From a virus (taxonomy: Duplodnaviria > Caudoviricetes): a stretch of DNA of 64,000 nucleotides. The notes below the pieces were generated by a model. That model had not been told where the DNA came from and did no database searches. It saw only the letters and a list, made by a program, of their open reading frames with translations. Shown piece by piece: positions 9,401-18,527 of this stretch (the first letter of the stretch is position 1; each line of letters opens with the position of its first letter). The DNA lies in IMG/VR virus record IMGVR_UViG_3300028833_000075, positions 32,001 through 96,000 of that record; one strand, given 5' to 3'. Position numbers and translations under genes: made by a program.

Positions 9401-11362
9401 GATGTAGCTGAATGTACGTGTTTGCTGTTCTTCCGTTTCGTTAAGAGTATATGTTAACTCCATGAAATGAAAGTCTGCCGTTTTTTGCCCAACCGGAAGA
9501 GGAACGGCAAACGTTGTAAGATAAGGAAGCTTTCCGCCATTTGTAGCATTTATAGTAACTGACATTGTATCCGATGCAACAAAATTACGATTCTCAAGCG
9601 TTTTAATACCATTGATAATAATCGATCCGGATGCGCTGTATACACCTCCGAAGTTAAGTTTATCGCCGTCTGCATATGTTGCTTCTGGAATAAGATGACC
9701 CTTCTTATCATCAGTAATTCGCACGGCGATGCTATGAACTTTTCCATCACCTGCAACGCCGGGTAAATTTGCTGTTTCCGTTACAAGATAAGAAATGGTT
9801 TTTACGTCGTCATACTGATCCAGTTGATTTTTCATATCAGTTAAAGTATAAGAAATAGTAGCAAAACTAAAATCTGCAGAATATTCTCCTATAGTAATAG
9901 GCACCGATATCGTTGCCGGAGAAGGAAGTTTCCCATTTCCGGTAATAGACATAGAAACAGTATCTCCATTTACATATTTGCGGCGGGAAATAGTTTTCGT
10001 TCCAATAAACGTGATCGATCCGGTCGCCTCATAAGTGTGGATAAAATTAAGATTTTTTTCTGTATCGTTTGTTTCAATTTCGAGAACGCCGTCTCTGATT
10101 TCATCTTTAACAAGAACCGTAACGGTATAGACAACCTTCGAGATCGTAACTCCGTTTTTATCGACGTCAGTTGCTTTAACCGTATAAATATGAGTTCCGA
10201 TATCATCCAGTGTATAATTGATCGGAGGGAATGAAATTGCCGTAGCTTCATCTGAAGCTGCTCCGACAAGAGTTGAAATGTTGTCCGCAATTATTTCGTT
10301 TCCTTCTTTTATTTGAACCATGAACTCTCTTGCGGCCATAGCGCGTCCATTTAATTGCATATTCCCCTGGAAGACAACACGCCCCATAGCTGAATATGTA
10401 TGGACAAAATAAACTGAATTGAAATTATCGCTTTTAGTTATTTTTAACGTACCGTTTCCTTTATCTTCAATTGTAACGGAAACGGTATACACGGTGTCGT
10501 CAAAAGACGCTCCGTTTATAGTGTGCCTTATTTCTCGAATGTGATACTCAAATGTTTTTATTGTTTGACCTGTTGGTAAATCTCCCGTGTCAAAGAAAAT
10601 ATCACCGAATGTAAATTTACTGCTATTGCCTCTCGATGGATAAATCGTAACTTCCGTGTTGTCCGGCATTGGAGCACCTGATGTTACAGCTTCGATACCA
10701 AGAGTTACAGAATCTCCGGTTTCAAATCTTCGGCCGGAAAGAAAAACCGCACCTGAAAAGAATACCATTGAAAACATTGCATCTATTTCATCGTCAGTTG
10801 CAGTATCCAGATCATCATTTTCGTCAATATATTCTTTGATTGTCTGATCTGATGTACTGGTAATAGGTAGCATAGATCCGTGCAGGATTACATCTCCGGT
10901 TTCACCATTGACGCTTTCCACTTGTCCGTTTTGACCTTGATATGCAGGAAAATATAACGGTGTATGTGTTCCGTCAATCCATTTCAAATCAAGTTTTGTC
11001 CATGTAAACTTTCCGCGTTCAAACACTGGGATAAGAGACCATTCGGAATCTTCTGCCGGATGATTTACGCCATCGTCTGACACTTGATAGGAAGCTGTAA
11101 CTTCCGATCCTGAAACAAGATCAGAAACACTCATAATCATTTGAAGCCATTGAGCTTCTGTGCCAGTATAACCGTTTTCAACAGCTGTTCTATATAAAGA
11201 AACAGAACCGAGTTCTGTATAATGTCCGTCTCTATATTCGGCATACAGCATACCTGCGGTTCCGGTGTCAATGCCGTTTCCGATCCAAACACGGGTAACA
11301 TCTTTATAAGCAGGGAGGAGCTCCTGGAACTGTGCAGAAAATGTAAAAATACCATCAGCCAT
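6440..11362 (-). CDS. Large tail-fibre/adhesin-like protein with ~6 FctA/Spy0128-like and ~6 CnaB-type pilin-like Ig domains
   Basis: 1640-aa ORF. N-terminal YRTAVENGYTGTEAQWL motif typical of phage fibre proteins. Tandem repeats G-x-K-T-L...F-x-F..I-x-Y..Y-x-V-T-E..V-x-D-xx-G-x-L and L-T-I-x-K-x-W..L-T-L-G-x-Y-x-V-x-E..V-T-N. Confidence 0.8.
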   Translation of the reverse strand: MADGIFTFSAQFQELLPAYKDVTRVWIGNGIDTGTAGMLYAEYRDGHYTELGSVSLYRTAVENGYTGTEAQWLQMIMSVSDLVSGSEVTASYQVSDDGVNHPAEDSEWSLIPVFERGKFTWTKLDLKWIDGTHTPLYFPAYQGQNGQVESVNGETGDVILHGSMLPITSTSDQTIKEYIDENDDLDTATDDEIDAMFSMVFFSGAVFLSGRRFETGDSVTLGIEAVTSGAPMPDNTEVTIYPSRGNSSKFTFGDIFFDTGDLPTGQTIKTFEYHIREIRHTINGASFDDTVYTVSVTIEDKGNGTLKITKSDNFNSVYFVHTYSAMGRVVFQGNMQLNGRAMAAREFMVQIKEGNEIIADNISTLVGAASDEATAISFPPINYTLDDIGTHIYTVKATDVDKNGVTISKVVYTVTVLVKDEIRDGVLEIETNDTEKNLNFIHTYEATGSITFIGTKTISRRKYVNGDTVSMSITGNGKLPSPATISVPITIGEYSADFSFATISYTLTDMKNQLDQYDDVKTISYLVTETANLPGVAGDGKVHSIAVRITDDKKGHLIPEATYADGDKLNFGGVYSASGSIIINGIKTLENRNFVASDTMSVTINATNGGKLPYLTTFAVPLPVGQKTADFHFMELTYTLNETEEQQTRTFSYIVTESTIIAGATNDTRIHTVDIQVTDLYNGILEITPTYSDGNRIVFESIYDATGYLVIPGMKTLLNRKFKNADSLSVAISGNTDKLPSPANISVPLMTGENTANFEFGQIIYKITDLGANGAKTFNYIITETANMTGTTPDSSTDSVSVEVHDLFDGTLSVTPTYQQNNKVLFTNVYSATGNLSFNSRVVFTNGNMSAHPFTIKLTQVDGNNSTTQAVSNVVLATPVTRIADIGSTQDVDFLDVVTFVKNSSRDDTQTSYWFMLEEIVPTVDQNYINGNIKYDVIKKWINVSVSDDTNGNLIVTKTPAASGNIDATFTNEQLCDLTISKVWNGDDAKLTAAQKNSVVFSVVGPAGYSSSFTYADMTNGSKTLEHLTLGEYTVTESNNSFENFEITTTYKVGSTATNSVTLVDGTTKTITVTNNVNKLEASLTITKTWTGDHARLTSEQKNDVTFTVTGPKQKSSDATTFLETFTYEDMVNGSKTFEGLTLGIYTVTESNAEFENFIVTTSYSVGANASNNVALNDGDSATIAVTNSVNKLEGRLTISNVWTGDHSLLTSAQKNAFTYTVSGPKQSSSDSSSFNQVFTYADMINDAVTFEQLTLGEYIVVVSNNTIENYQITTTYSVNGNATNRTTIGDGESKTIIVTNNVNILEGTLTIVKAWAGDYNKLTPTQRNAISFTVTGPKQSSSDADVFSRTFTYADMTNNQMVLEHLTLGTYSVFETNTSVQDFDVTTSYSIDGSETNYAIITDGSNKVATVTNTYTQHVGSLQIVKQFDSTSDLSDSDLTSNQKSGIVFTVSDWNNNVVDTFTYADIESNGYKQIDNLPVGNYSVVETIASGKAVANYTLTTTYNPSTGTVAVSRTNTSSNPAEVYVTNHYEMDVGTVKVTKLFENIESLPETFQITNNYNGAVFTLNNADNTADGITTPFEWSITDVPAETVITFTESGETVAGYDLDPSVVKIKSCLAVVKDSVSTVNFVNRYIEQT

Positions 11363-11684
11363 TTGTATTCACCACCTCGTTAATATGCTGTAATCCGACA
11401 TAACCTTTCATTTCTTTACAAACTCCGCGTACGTTGCCTGTAAGAATGACGTTTAATTGTGTGTAATACCATGCATTATTCTGGAATAGTAACGACTCTT
11501 CCTGAGAAAGAATTACGTTAAACTTACTGCTTAATCCGGCTGTGTTCTGTATTTGACCGGGATACACAATTCTTTCCAGTATAATATCGTCATTCTGCCT
11601 ATACGAAACAATGACTTTAACAATGTCTTCCCGTTGAAATGGCATTGTAAATGAATGCAAAACGGTTTCGCCTGGAATAAACAT
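11355..11684 (-). CDS. Small baseplate/BppU-like structural protein (putative)
   Basis: 109-aa ORF with RBS, coupled to the downstream adhesin; G-x-T..F-x-M-P-F..L-S-Q-E-E-S-L pattern common in Firmicutes phage tail-tip proteins. Confidence 0.6.
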   Translation of the reverse strand: MFIPGETVLHSFTMPFQREDIVKVIVSYRQNDDIILERIVYPGQIQNTAGLSSKFNVILSQEESLLFQNNAWYYTQLNVILTGNVRGVCKEMKGYVGLQHINEVVNTNG

Positions 11685-11749
11685 AGCTTCTCACTTCCTT
11701 TCTCAAAAAGTAGGGGAGCAGGTCCTGTCAATAACAGGACCCGTCTCCG

Positions 11750-13192
11750 TTAAATTGCGGGATTAAAATCTCCGCCTTCAATGTGAACATTTGGTGTTGT
11801 CTCGTTCGAAAGAATTTCAACAGAATGATCTGTTCCGGTAAATAAACCGTCCGTAATAGTTAAACTCATATTTGCCTTTCCGGGGAAATTTGCAGACTCA
11901 TGATAGATTACAGCAGAGGCTGACATTTGCGTTGCATCATCTCCGATTTTTCCGGGAGAATTATCTCCACGTATCGCAGTAATGCTGCCATTGTTTATAG
12001 TAACTGTTCCGGCCCTCATCAGAATGCCGCATCCATCAGAAGAAGTAAGCGTTCCGTTGTTCATAACGAAAGTATCATTATTGGCAATATACACGCAGCA
12101 TGATTCGTATCCTGTTGTAGTTACATTGCCAAACAAATTCCCGTTATTTATAACAATAGAATTGCCGCCATGACCTGATGTTTTGTCTGTAAAAATGGCG
12201 GCAAAATCGTGAGCAACGACATCTCCGCCGTTAATTTCGATGGAACCTTGATTAAATGCACCAATACCGCCGTTGCTTGAATTGATTTCGCCAGCATTAA
12301 GCGTGAACTTGGAACCTATTCCTTCTACAACGAATCCAACAGCATTGGATCTGTAAGATCCTCCGTTAACAATAATCTCTCCTCCGTTTGTTGCTTGTGC
12401 AACACGAGCGTTTGTTTGAATAGTGCCATTTTTAAACGTAATTGTTGCCCCGTTAACAACAAACGCATAATCCGATCCGGAGTATGAAAGAGTATTTCCG
12501 CCAAGGTCTAAAACAACATTTTGCGCGACTGTGATTGGCTCAGAAAAGGTTAAGTTTGCAGCCATGTCTACATTCCCGCCGCGAGCAATAAGTTCTTTTA
12601 ACGCAAGCACCGAAGAAGCAGAGCCTGTAATAATATCCAGTTCATAATTTGAAAGCGCTTCAACTCCTACAAGGCCGCCGAGATTATCCCAGCGTTCTTC
12701 GTTAGCGTTCCATGCGTAGTTCGCACCGTTTTCTTCAACGTCGTACACATCTCCGTTTTCCGGATTTGCAATGTTGTCTAAATCGGCTACAGTCGGAACA
12801 GAGCCTTTATACCTGTATACTTCTGATACCGCTGCTCGAACATCTTCGAGTTCTGTTTTTGTTGCAGCGTCTGTAATTCCATATCCAGCAAGCGTAGTTG
12901 GCAAATCTTGAATATCGTCCCAGTCGATAGGCATTTCAGGATTATATACAGTGTGGACAACGCCATTTTCATCTATTCTTAAACCGTCTCCAATTTTTAT
13001 ACCTCCGAGGACGTTTGTGGTTGCAAATGGAAGTGTGTAATTTCTGAGAATTGCCAGCTTTTCTTTTTCAGCTGCCGAATAGTTTTCGTCAGATAAAACC
13101 TTACCTGCTTCTTTCTGGACGTAAATAGAGGCGGCTTTATCCCATAGGTGTTTCACACCAGTAGAATCGAGATACTTATTTTCGTATGCCAT
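11750..13192 (-). CDS. Tail fibre/spike-like protein with C-terminal beta-helix-like repeats
   Basis: 480 aa. YLDxxG..LW start; LGGIKIG, PTTLAGYGITDA and YRYKGSV...WDNLGG fibre motifs; C-terminal I-N-G-G/N-N-G repeats. Confidence 0.7.
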   Translation of the reverse strand: MAYENKYLDSTGVKHLWDKAASIYVQKEAGKVLSDENYSAAEKEKLAILRNYTLPFATTNVLGGIKIGDGLRIDENGVVHTVYNPEMPIDWDDIQDLPTTLAGYGITDAATKTELEDVRAAVSEVYRYKGSVPTVADLDNIANPENGDVYDVEENGANYAWNANEERWDNLGGLVGVEALSNYELDIITGSASSVLALKELIARGGNVDMAANLTFSEPITVAQNVVLDLGGNTLSYSGSDYAFVVNGATITFKNGTIQTNARVAQATNGGEIIVNGGSYRSNAVGFVVEGIGSKFTLNAGEINSSNGGIGAFNQGSIEINGGDVVAHDFAAIFTDKTSGHGGNSIVINNGNLFGNVTTTGYESCCVYIANNDTFVMNNGTLTSSDGCGILMRAGTVTINNGSITAIRGDNSPGKIGDDATQMSASAVIYHESANFPGKANMSLTITDGLFTGTDHSVEILSNETTPNVHIEGGDFNPAI

Positions 13193-13210
13193 ATTCGTGT
13201 CCTCGTTTCA

Positions 13211-13450
13211 TTATGAATTTACAATTGAGTCAAGTTCCTCGTTGGATAAAGCCTCCATTGGAACATTAGAAAGGTCCGGGATCCCAATCGCTTCCAGTGT
13301 TTTGTTTCCAATAAGTTCAACTCCGTTGATTCTTGGCTTATTTCTTAACACGTTGTAATCCTCTGATCCCGAACCGATTGCCACAGGCGTGGTAAGCATA
13401 AGTTTATAATAGTTATCACTCTGCATTGGATGAATCTCAAGATCGTACAT
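13211..13450 (-). CDS. Small phage structural protein (DYNxLxNKPxINGVELxGNK motif)
   Basis: 79 aa with GGAGGTG RBS; motif recurrent in phage tail-region proteins. Confidence 0.65.
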   Translation of the reverse strand: MYDLEIHPMQSDNYYKLMLTTPVAIGSGSEDYNVLRNKPRINGVELIGNKTLEAIGIPDLSNVPMEALSNEELDSIVNS

Positions 13451-13465
13451 ATGCTCACCTCCCTG

Positions 13466-13807
13466 TCATTCATTTTCATTAAACGTTATTTCTTCTGTCA
13501 GAATAAAATCACCGACAAACGTTTCTTTTAATTGGTCTTCATATGCGATCTGAATATCAAATTTATAATGACCATATTTCATTTTACTTGTATCGTCAGG
13601 TTCGATCTTTACCTCGTAGTCGCCAAGACCAAGTTTGACAATGCCGCCAGCGCTGAGCTTTTTTTGGAAATGATAAACTTTATCTTTAGACGTACTTTTC
13701 ACTGTAAAATAAATTTCTGTGAAATCAATATCTGCGGCAGATCCTTCTGGATCTTTCACTAAAAACCGAACCAGCCGAATATCGCCTCGCGGCATTCGAA
13801 TTGTCAT
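13466..13807 (-). CDS. BppU N-terminal-like baseplate protein (putative)
   Basis: Start moved to ATG 13807 (MTIRMPRGD) behind an AAGGGGG RBS; RGD..F-x-V..IYFTVK..I-x-P-x-DT..G-x-Y-x-F-D-I-Q pattern. Confidence 0.6.
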   Translation of the reverse strand: MTIRMPRGDIRLVRFLVKDPEGSAADIDFTEIYFTVKSTSKDKVYHFQKKLSAGGIVKLGLGDYEVKIEPDDTSKMKYGHYKFDIQIAYEDQLKETFVGDFILTEEITFNENE

Positions 13808-13826
13808 TGAACTTGGCCCCCTTTTA

Positions 13827-14177
13827 TCACCAGCGACGCTCTTCCGGATAATATGGATAATGACCTGACATATCCGGTCCGGATTCACGGCTGCGCATTC
13901 CTCTCATATTCATATTATTACTATATGCTCCATATGAATTACCTAATGGGCCATCATAAGAACTGGCGGGAAAATTATTATACGAAGAGTTCTGCGTACT
14001 GTTATTTTCGGCTTGTTTCATAGCTGTGTATGTTGCAAGACTTTTCATAGAATGAACAAGCAAGTCAATTCGACGAAGATCTCCTTCGCTCATTTCAGCG
14101 CCTGTGCGATACTTTTCTTCTAATAATTCCAGTTCTTTGCAAAGCTTATTTTCAAGCATCATGTATCTCTTTTCCAT
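13827..14177 (-). CDS. Hypothetical protein (helical N-terminus, S/Y/N-rich tail); accessory cassette member
   Basis: 116 aa with AAGGAG RBS. Confidence 0.7.
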   Translation of the reverse strand: MEKRYMMLENKLCKELELLEEKYRTGAEMSEGDLRRIDLLVHSMKSLATYTAMKQAENNSTQNSSYNNFPASSYDGPLGNSYGAYSNNMNMRGMRSRESGPDMSGHYPYYPEERRW

Positions 14178-14191
14178 ATGCCAACACTCCT

Positions 14192-14647
14192 TTACGCCAA
14201 TCTTGTAACTTCAACCCTCAGGTTACGAAGGTTGAGGGCGGGAGGGACAGCAGCAGGAGTAGCTCCTTCAGACGCGTTTTCAACGGCAACCGTATAACAA
14301 CATCCGACAGGTACGTCTACTATAGAGAATCCTGACACATTCCAGTATGCATCTACAACGGTTGGCGTTGCAGCGCTGATGCTGGCTTGATCAATTTCTC
14401 CGCCGATGGCGATCGCGAGCTGTATTTCTCCGGCGGTGCCTTCGGTTGGAACCGCAATATTACCGCTGTAAGCAACCCTATAACGTGCGAACCTGCCGCA
14501 TGGGTTATTTACAATTCCGCGAAGAGTTAAGATCCCGGAGCCGGGGCGATGAATAACATACCCACGAGAACATCCTATCTCATCGTCCAGAAGGGCAGAA
14601 GCGCCCGGCTGAACAAGCTGAGTAAGAACATAATTATATTGAGCCAT
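14192..14647 (-). CDS. Beta-sandwich protein, possibly BclA C-terminal/C1q-like; accessory cassette member
   Basis: Start at ATG 14647 behind AAAGGAG; HRxGSGILTLRG..Y-x-V-xx-SGNIA..CC pattern. The fold assignment is inference. Confidence 0.6.
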   Translation of the reverse strand: MAQYNYVLTQLVQPGASALLDDEIGCSRGYVIHRPGSGILTLRGIVNNPCGRFARYRVAYSGNIAVPTEGTAGEIQLAIAIGGEIDQASISAATPTVVDAYWNVSGFSIVDVPVGCCYTVAVENASEGATPAAVPPALNLRNLRVEVTRLA

Positions 14648-14687
14648 AAAGCATTTCTCCTTTGTCAAAATTAGATAGAACTAAAAA

Positions 14688-14710
14688 CAGGAGGTCGTAA
14701 AGACCTCCTG
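14688..14710 (-). terminator. Intrinsic terminator
   Basis: CAGGAGGTC/GACCTCCTG stem followed by TTTTT on the minus strand. Confidence 0.6.
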
Positions 14711-14723
14711 AGATGACAATTAA

Positions 14724-15422
14724 TTAAACATTCCCGCAACCGCAACCAAAGTTCTGATTCTGGCAGCAGTTAGGATTCTGAACAATATAAGCCGGGCGAG
14801 CGGTCGGCGCAAGATATTGCTCCAGAGCATTCGTCTGATTGTCCTGACTGGCCTGGAACCGATCTCCAAGAGCGTTAAACGACGCGGCTGTACGATAGTT
14901 CTGATTAGCGTCACGCAGCGCATCAATTGTATTCTGCATGCCCGCAATGCGGTTTTCATAATTCTGCTTAATACCATCCATCTCAAGCTGACAAAGTTTA
15001 TCGATAATCTTCTGATTGTTCGCGTCACAGTTGGCGCGAGTAGCAGCACCCTCCTGAGCAATGGCGGTCTGTACTCCTGCCGTCGCAAGGCGATTTTCAC
15101 AACAACAATTCTGGAAGGAATTCTGCATCTGGAAATATTGATTCATATCTGACATCTGACGGGCATTTGCAGAAATCTCTGCCTGGGCGAATCCGTTTGA
15201 CACGGCGTTTGTCAGCCCGTTAATTCCATTCATGATGGCATTCTGATCAAATCCACGCTGGACGTTTGAGTAAGAATTGTTTCCACCGAAACCATTTCCG
15301 CCCCATCCAAACATAGCCATCCAGATCAGTAAAAACCACAGTCCGTTTCCACCAAACATGTCGTTTCCATAACCTGCGGGTGCAACCGGCATATACATGC
15401 CACCATTGTTGTTTTCCATCAT
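14724..15422 (-). CDS. Gly-rich/hydrophobic N-terminus, coiled-coil, Cys-cluster (CCC, CC, GCGC) protein; accessory cassette member
   Basis: Start at ATG 15422 behind AAAGGAG; 232 aa; GLWFLLIWMAMFGWGG segment, NCCCENR, and PAYIVQNPNCC..GCGCG end. Confidence 0.8.
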   Translation of the reverse strand: MMENNNGGMYMPVAPAGYGNDMFGGNGLWFLLIWMAMFGWGGNGFGGNNSYSNVQRGFDQNAIMNGINGLTNAVSNGFAQAEISANARQMSDMNQYFQMQNSFQNCCCENRLATAGVQTAIAQEGAATRANCDANNQKIIDKLCQLEMDGIKQNYENRIAGMQNTIDALRDANQNYRTAASFNALGDRFQASQDNQTNALEQYLAPTARPAYIVQNPNCCQNQNFGCGCGNV

Positions 15423-15888
15423 AAGGATCACTCCTTTCAGCAATTTGGGTTTAAACCCATGACGATGGAAATAAGTCAACACGAGAACGCGAATTCGCTA
15501 TAGAGTTGTTGACGATCTCTTGGTGTTATGAAATTGTAAACTGCCCTGCGATCAATTAAGGTCGCAGGGCGAAATATTGCAATTAGATTCTCCTATATTC
15601 CATATAGCTTAACGTTTCACTATATATCACTGTCTGTTTCGAGACATGCGAAAGAATCTAATGAACAATTGATTTTAATTAATAAAAGATCTTATTACTT
15701 CGTAGCATAATTTTGTCCGAGGTTGGGCATAAGCCAATTCTCATGCCCGTATCCTCTATCGTACAGATCACTTTAAGGTCTTGATATACTTTCACCCTTT
15801 GCCACAAGTCTTGTGACCTGCTACTTCGTGATACATACTCACTGCACTTTTTGAGTTTGAACAGCACAAGGACGATCGGTTGTGATTA

Positions 15889-16095
15889 TTACAGAGTGAT
15901 ATCACATTTATTTAACGGAATCGCATTGCTAGCCGTTGTCGTATAAGTCCAGCTCGGATAGGTTATCGTGTCATACTTCTTGTTTCCATCCGCATATCCT
16001 TGACTGTAAGCATCGTCAAGCATCTTCTGGAGTTCATCCTTTGTGAGTTCAATTTTTCCATCTTTGTTCTTTTCGATAATAACAATTCGACTCAT
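15889..16095 (-). CDS. Small hypothetical phage protein
   Basis: ATG 16095 with GAAAGGA RBS; MSRIVIIEKNKDGKIELTKDEL..AYSQGYADG. Confidence 0.65.
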   Translation of the reverse strand: MSRIVIIEKNKDGKIELTKDELQKMLDDAYSQGYADGNKKYDTITYPSWTYTTTASNAIPLNKCDITL

Positions 16096-16338
16096 AATTA
16101 TTCCTTTCTGTAGCATTGTGACTGCTACCAACTACTTCGTAATACAGCAATATTGCGACCGTTGCCAGGAAGATCGGTGCATTGAATATCCCGGTTACCG
16201 GAGACACAGGAACGGATATAACAAACATTAGAATCACTTGGACAAGTCAACTTGGTTATCATTTACAAGTCACAACATCAAATGGAACGATTAGGATTAT
16301 AAAATGTGATGCATAATTTTCCTTTTGCGATTTTGTGC

Positions 16339-16752
16339 TTATGTCGGCAGTTTCATGTACTCGGTACGGATAAAGTAAATCGTTAGAGTTACGGTAGTGC
16401 TTGCAAGCGGATTTCCATTTGAATCATAAACACGGAATGTCCAGTTTCCACTACCTCCGACATAGTGTTCCGACCAACAGTTGTTTGTTATCTTTGTGTC
16501 AATAATAATTCGTGTCGGAGATATAGTGGTTGTGATGTATCCGCTTGCAGTTGTTGTTGCCGTTATTTCTATTACGCCAAACAACTCCTCATTAAACAAT
16601 TTGCTGTTTAACGAAGTAATCTGACCTTCTACTGTTTTTCCGGATGGGACAGTTCCAATTTTATTATTTATTGTAGTTATGCTATCGTTTAGTGCATCAA
16701 TCTGCCCCTCAATTCCACCTACGTGGAAAACGCTGTTCGCCATTGCTGTCAC
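16339..16752 (-). CDS. Short tail-fibre-like protein with LNSK-bounded C-terminal module
   Basis: 137 aa; short coiled coil, SLNSK, then a beta-rich module. Confidence 0.6.
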   Translation of the reverse strand: MTAMANSVFHVGGIEGQIDALNDSITTINNKIGTVPSGKTVEGQITSLNSKLFNEELFGVIEITATTTASGYITTTISPTRIIIDTKITNNCWSEHYVGGSGNWTFRVYDSNGNPLASTTVTLTIYFIRTEYMKLPT

Positions 16753-17093
16753 TCCTCTTCTTCAGACTCAGGTTCCGGTTCCGGTTCAGGCAGATCAGCA
16801 ATCGTGCCAAACCGCCTTACCTCAATCTGTATACCGTCTGAACTGCGAATGATATACGCATATCCTACCTGATTGTCACGGGTGGCGAGATAGGATTCTG
16901 CCGCTCCCAGATAGCCGTACGCCGCTCTGCGAGTCTGCTCCAGATCATTGTTGTGTGTACGGCTGTCAACAATCTTCGGATATCCCTCCGGATCGTTGGC
17001 ATGATAACCGTCAGCATTTACATACCCCATGTGTACCTCGTAGATTTCCCGCTTCATTTGAATCATCCACCTTTCCATTTTATAACTAATCAT
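16749..17093 (-). CDS. Hypothetical protein with PE-rich acidic tail (true start may be ~17057)
   Basis: ORF track; GAAAGGTGG RBS precedes the MIQMKREIYE start region. Confidence 0.65.
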   Translation of the reverse strand: MISYKMERWMIQMKREIYEVHMGYVNADGYHANDPEGYPKIVDSRTHNNDLEQTRRAAYGYLGAAESYLATRDNQVGYAYIIRSSDGIQIEVRRFGTIADLPEPEPEPESEEEE

Positions 17094-17137
17094 ATTTAAC
17101 TTTTGGGATGTTTGTTAAACAGCAATTTTGCAGAATA

Positions 17138-18505
17138 TTATGCAACAAGTTCAAACAAATGCACCGATGTCCATTGCGTAGATACTTCAACAGTTATGGT
17201 ATAGCCACTATATGAAACATTAGCTCCGGTAGCCTCCTTTATCGGCGTGATACTACCGCCAGAGGTATTGGCACGCACCATATACATACCAGAGTATTCT
17301 GCGTGTCCATTCCATGATTGGATAAGCAAAATTCCACCTACGCTTCTCCCGATATTAATAACGTGCGTTTTTATGGCTTCTGAGTAATTGGCATAAACTT
17401 GTCTAATTCCCATGTTGAGTATCTTGCTGTTTAAATTGTTAAAACCCCATGCATTATTGAATGAACCAATTACATCGTTAGGATTATTGTTATCATTATA
17501 TGAGTTGACATACAACGAACCATGATTTACATCAATTGCTCTGGATAACATTCCTTGATAGTGTTCTGCTTTGAAACTTGTTGTTGCGGAACTCATAACG
17601 AAATATATTGCTTCTTGCGTATAATTCGACATATTTGCTATTTCAGCAGATAATGCAGTCGCTAAAGAAGATTCTGAAGAAAAAGTGCCAAGATTTTTAT
17701 ATGTAAATTTGCTATTTATGGTATCAAGATCATTCCCTATGTCTGCAACATCCTGTGCATTCTCGTTAATTGCCGCGACCAGACTTGTTTTTGCTGTGGT
17801 ATTCAAATCACCAAGCGTCCCAATCCGTCCGGCGAGAACATCAAACTCATTAGATGTAATCGAACTTGCCCCCGCAACGAACAGTAACCCCACCTTAACG
17901 GTGGAAGTTCCCTTAACACTGGAACAACTCAGCGTGATTGAACCGTCCGCAGGAGTGATTGTGATGTCTGCAAGGAAAGCGGAAGGATCACCCAACTCAA
18001 TCATCACGGCTTTCATGTCTGCCGTAACATCTGCAATCGTTGTGGTGTGAGTATACGCTCCGCTCGTGTTGGTTACAGTATCCAGTGTTTTCTCAATCAG
18101 CTTTGTTCCGGGTGGAACATCCCATGTGCCGTCACCCTTCAGGAAATATTTCTGCGTTCCGGCTCCCGGAGCAGGAACAAGACCGCTCGTTCCTGTTGAG
18201 GATGTGGTTGCTCCGGTGAATACATCTGGTTCAGCGATCTCTTTCCATGTACCATCCCCAAACAACACCTTGTTTTGATCGCCAGCGCTAGGAGCAGGAA
18301 CCAATCCGTGTGTGCCTACGGTAGAAGATGTTGCTCCTGACATGTCTGATGGATCGGCTACATTTTTCCAAGTGCCATCGCCAAATAAAGCTTTTCCTTG
18401 ATCCCCTGCCGCAGGAGCTGGAACGAGACCTGAAGTTCCTGCGGTTGTTGAAGTTGAACCAGTCATTTGAGAAGAGACAGGTACGTCAAAAATTGCTGTA
18501 GGCAA
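17138..18505 (-). CDS. Tail fibre protein
   Basis: 455 aa; three GxxGLVPAPxAGxQxxxLxGDGTW repeats, a LGDLNTTAKTSLVAAINE motif and two C-terminal modules beginning INSK and LNSK. Confidence 0.75.
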   Translation of the reverse strand: MPTAIFDVPVSSQMTGSTSTTAGTSGLVPAPAAGDQGKALFGDGTWKNVADPSDMSGATSSTVGTHGLVPAPSAGDQNKVLFGDGTWKEIAEPDVFTGATTSSTGTSGLVPAPGAGTQKYFLKGDGTWDVPPGTKLIEKTLDTVTNTSGAYTHTTTIADVTADMKAVMIELGDPSAFLADITITPADGSITLSCSSVKGTSTVKVGLLFVAGASSITSNEFDVLAGRIGTLGDLNTTAKTSLVAAINENAQDVADIGNDLDTINSKFTYKNLGTFSSESSLATALSAEIANMSNYTQEAIYFVMSSATTSFKAEHYQGMLSRAIDVNHGSLYVNSYNDNNNPNDVIGSFNNAWGFNNLNSKILNMGIRQVYANYSEAIKTHVINIGRSVGGILLIQSWNGHAEYSGMYMVRANTSGGSITPIKEATGANVSYSGYTITVEVSTQWTSVHLFELVA

Positions 18506-18527
18506 TTACATCAGCTCCTTTCATGCG

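Noticed and set aside
15679-15867. 62-aa minus-strand ORF
   Set aside because: No clear RBS or motif; the region looks more like structured non-coding sequence.
16043-16237. Hydrophobic 62-aa ORFs as a holin
   Set aside because: No RBS, overlap with a better-supported gene, and no endolysin nearby.
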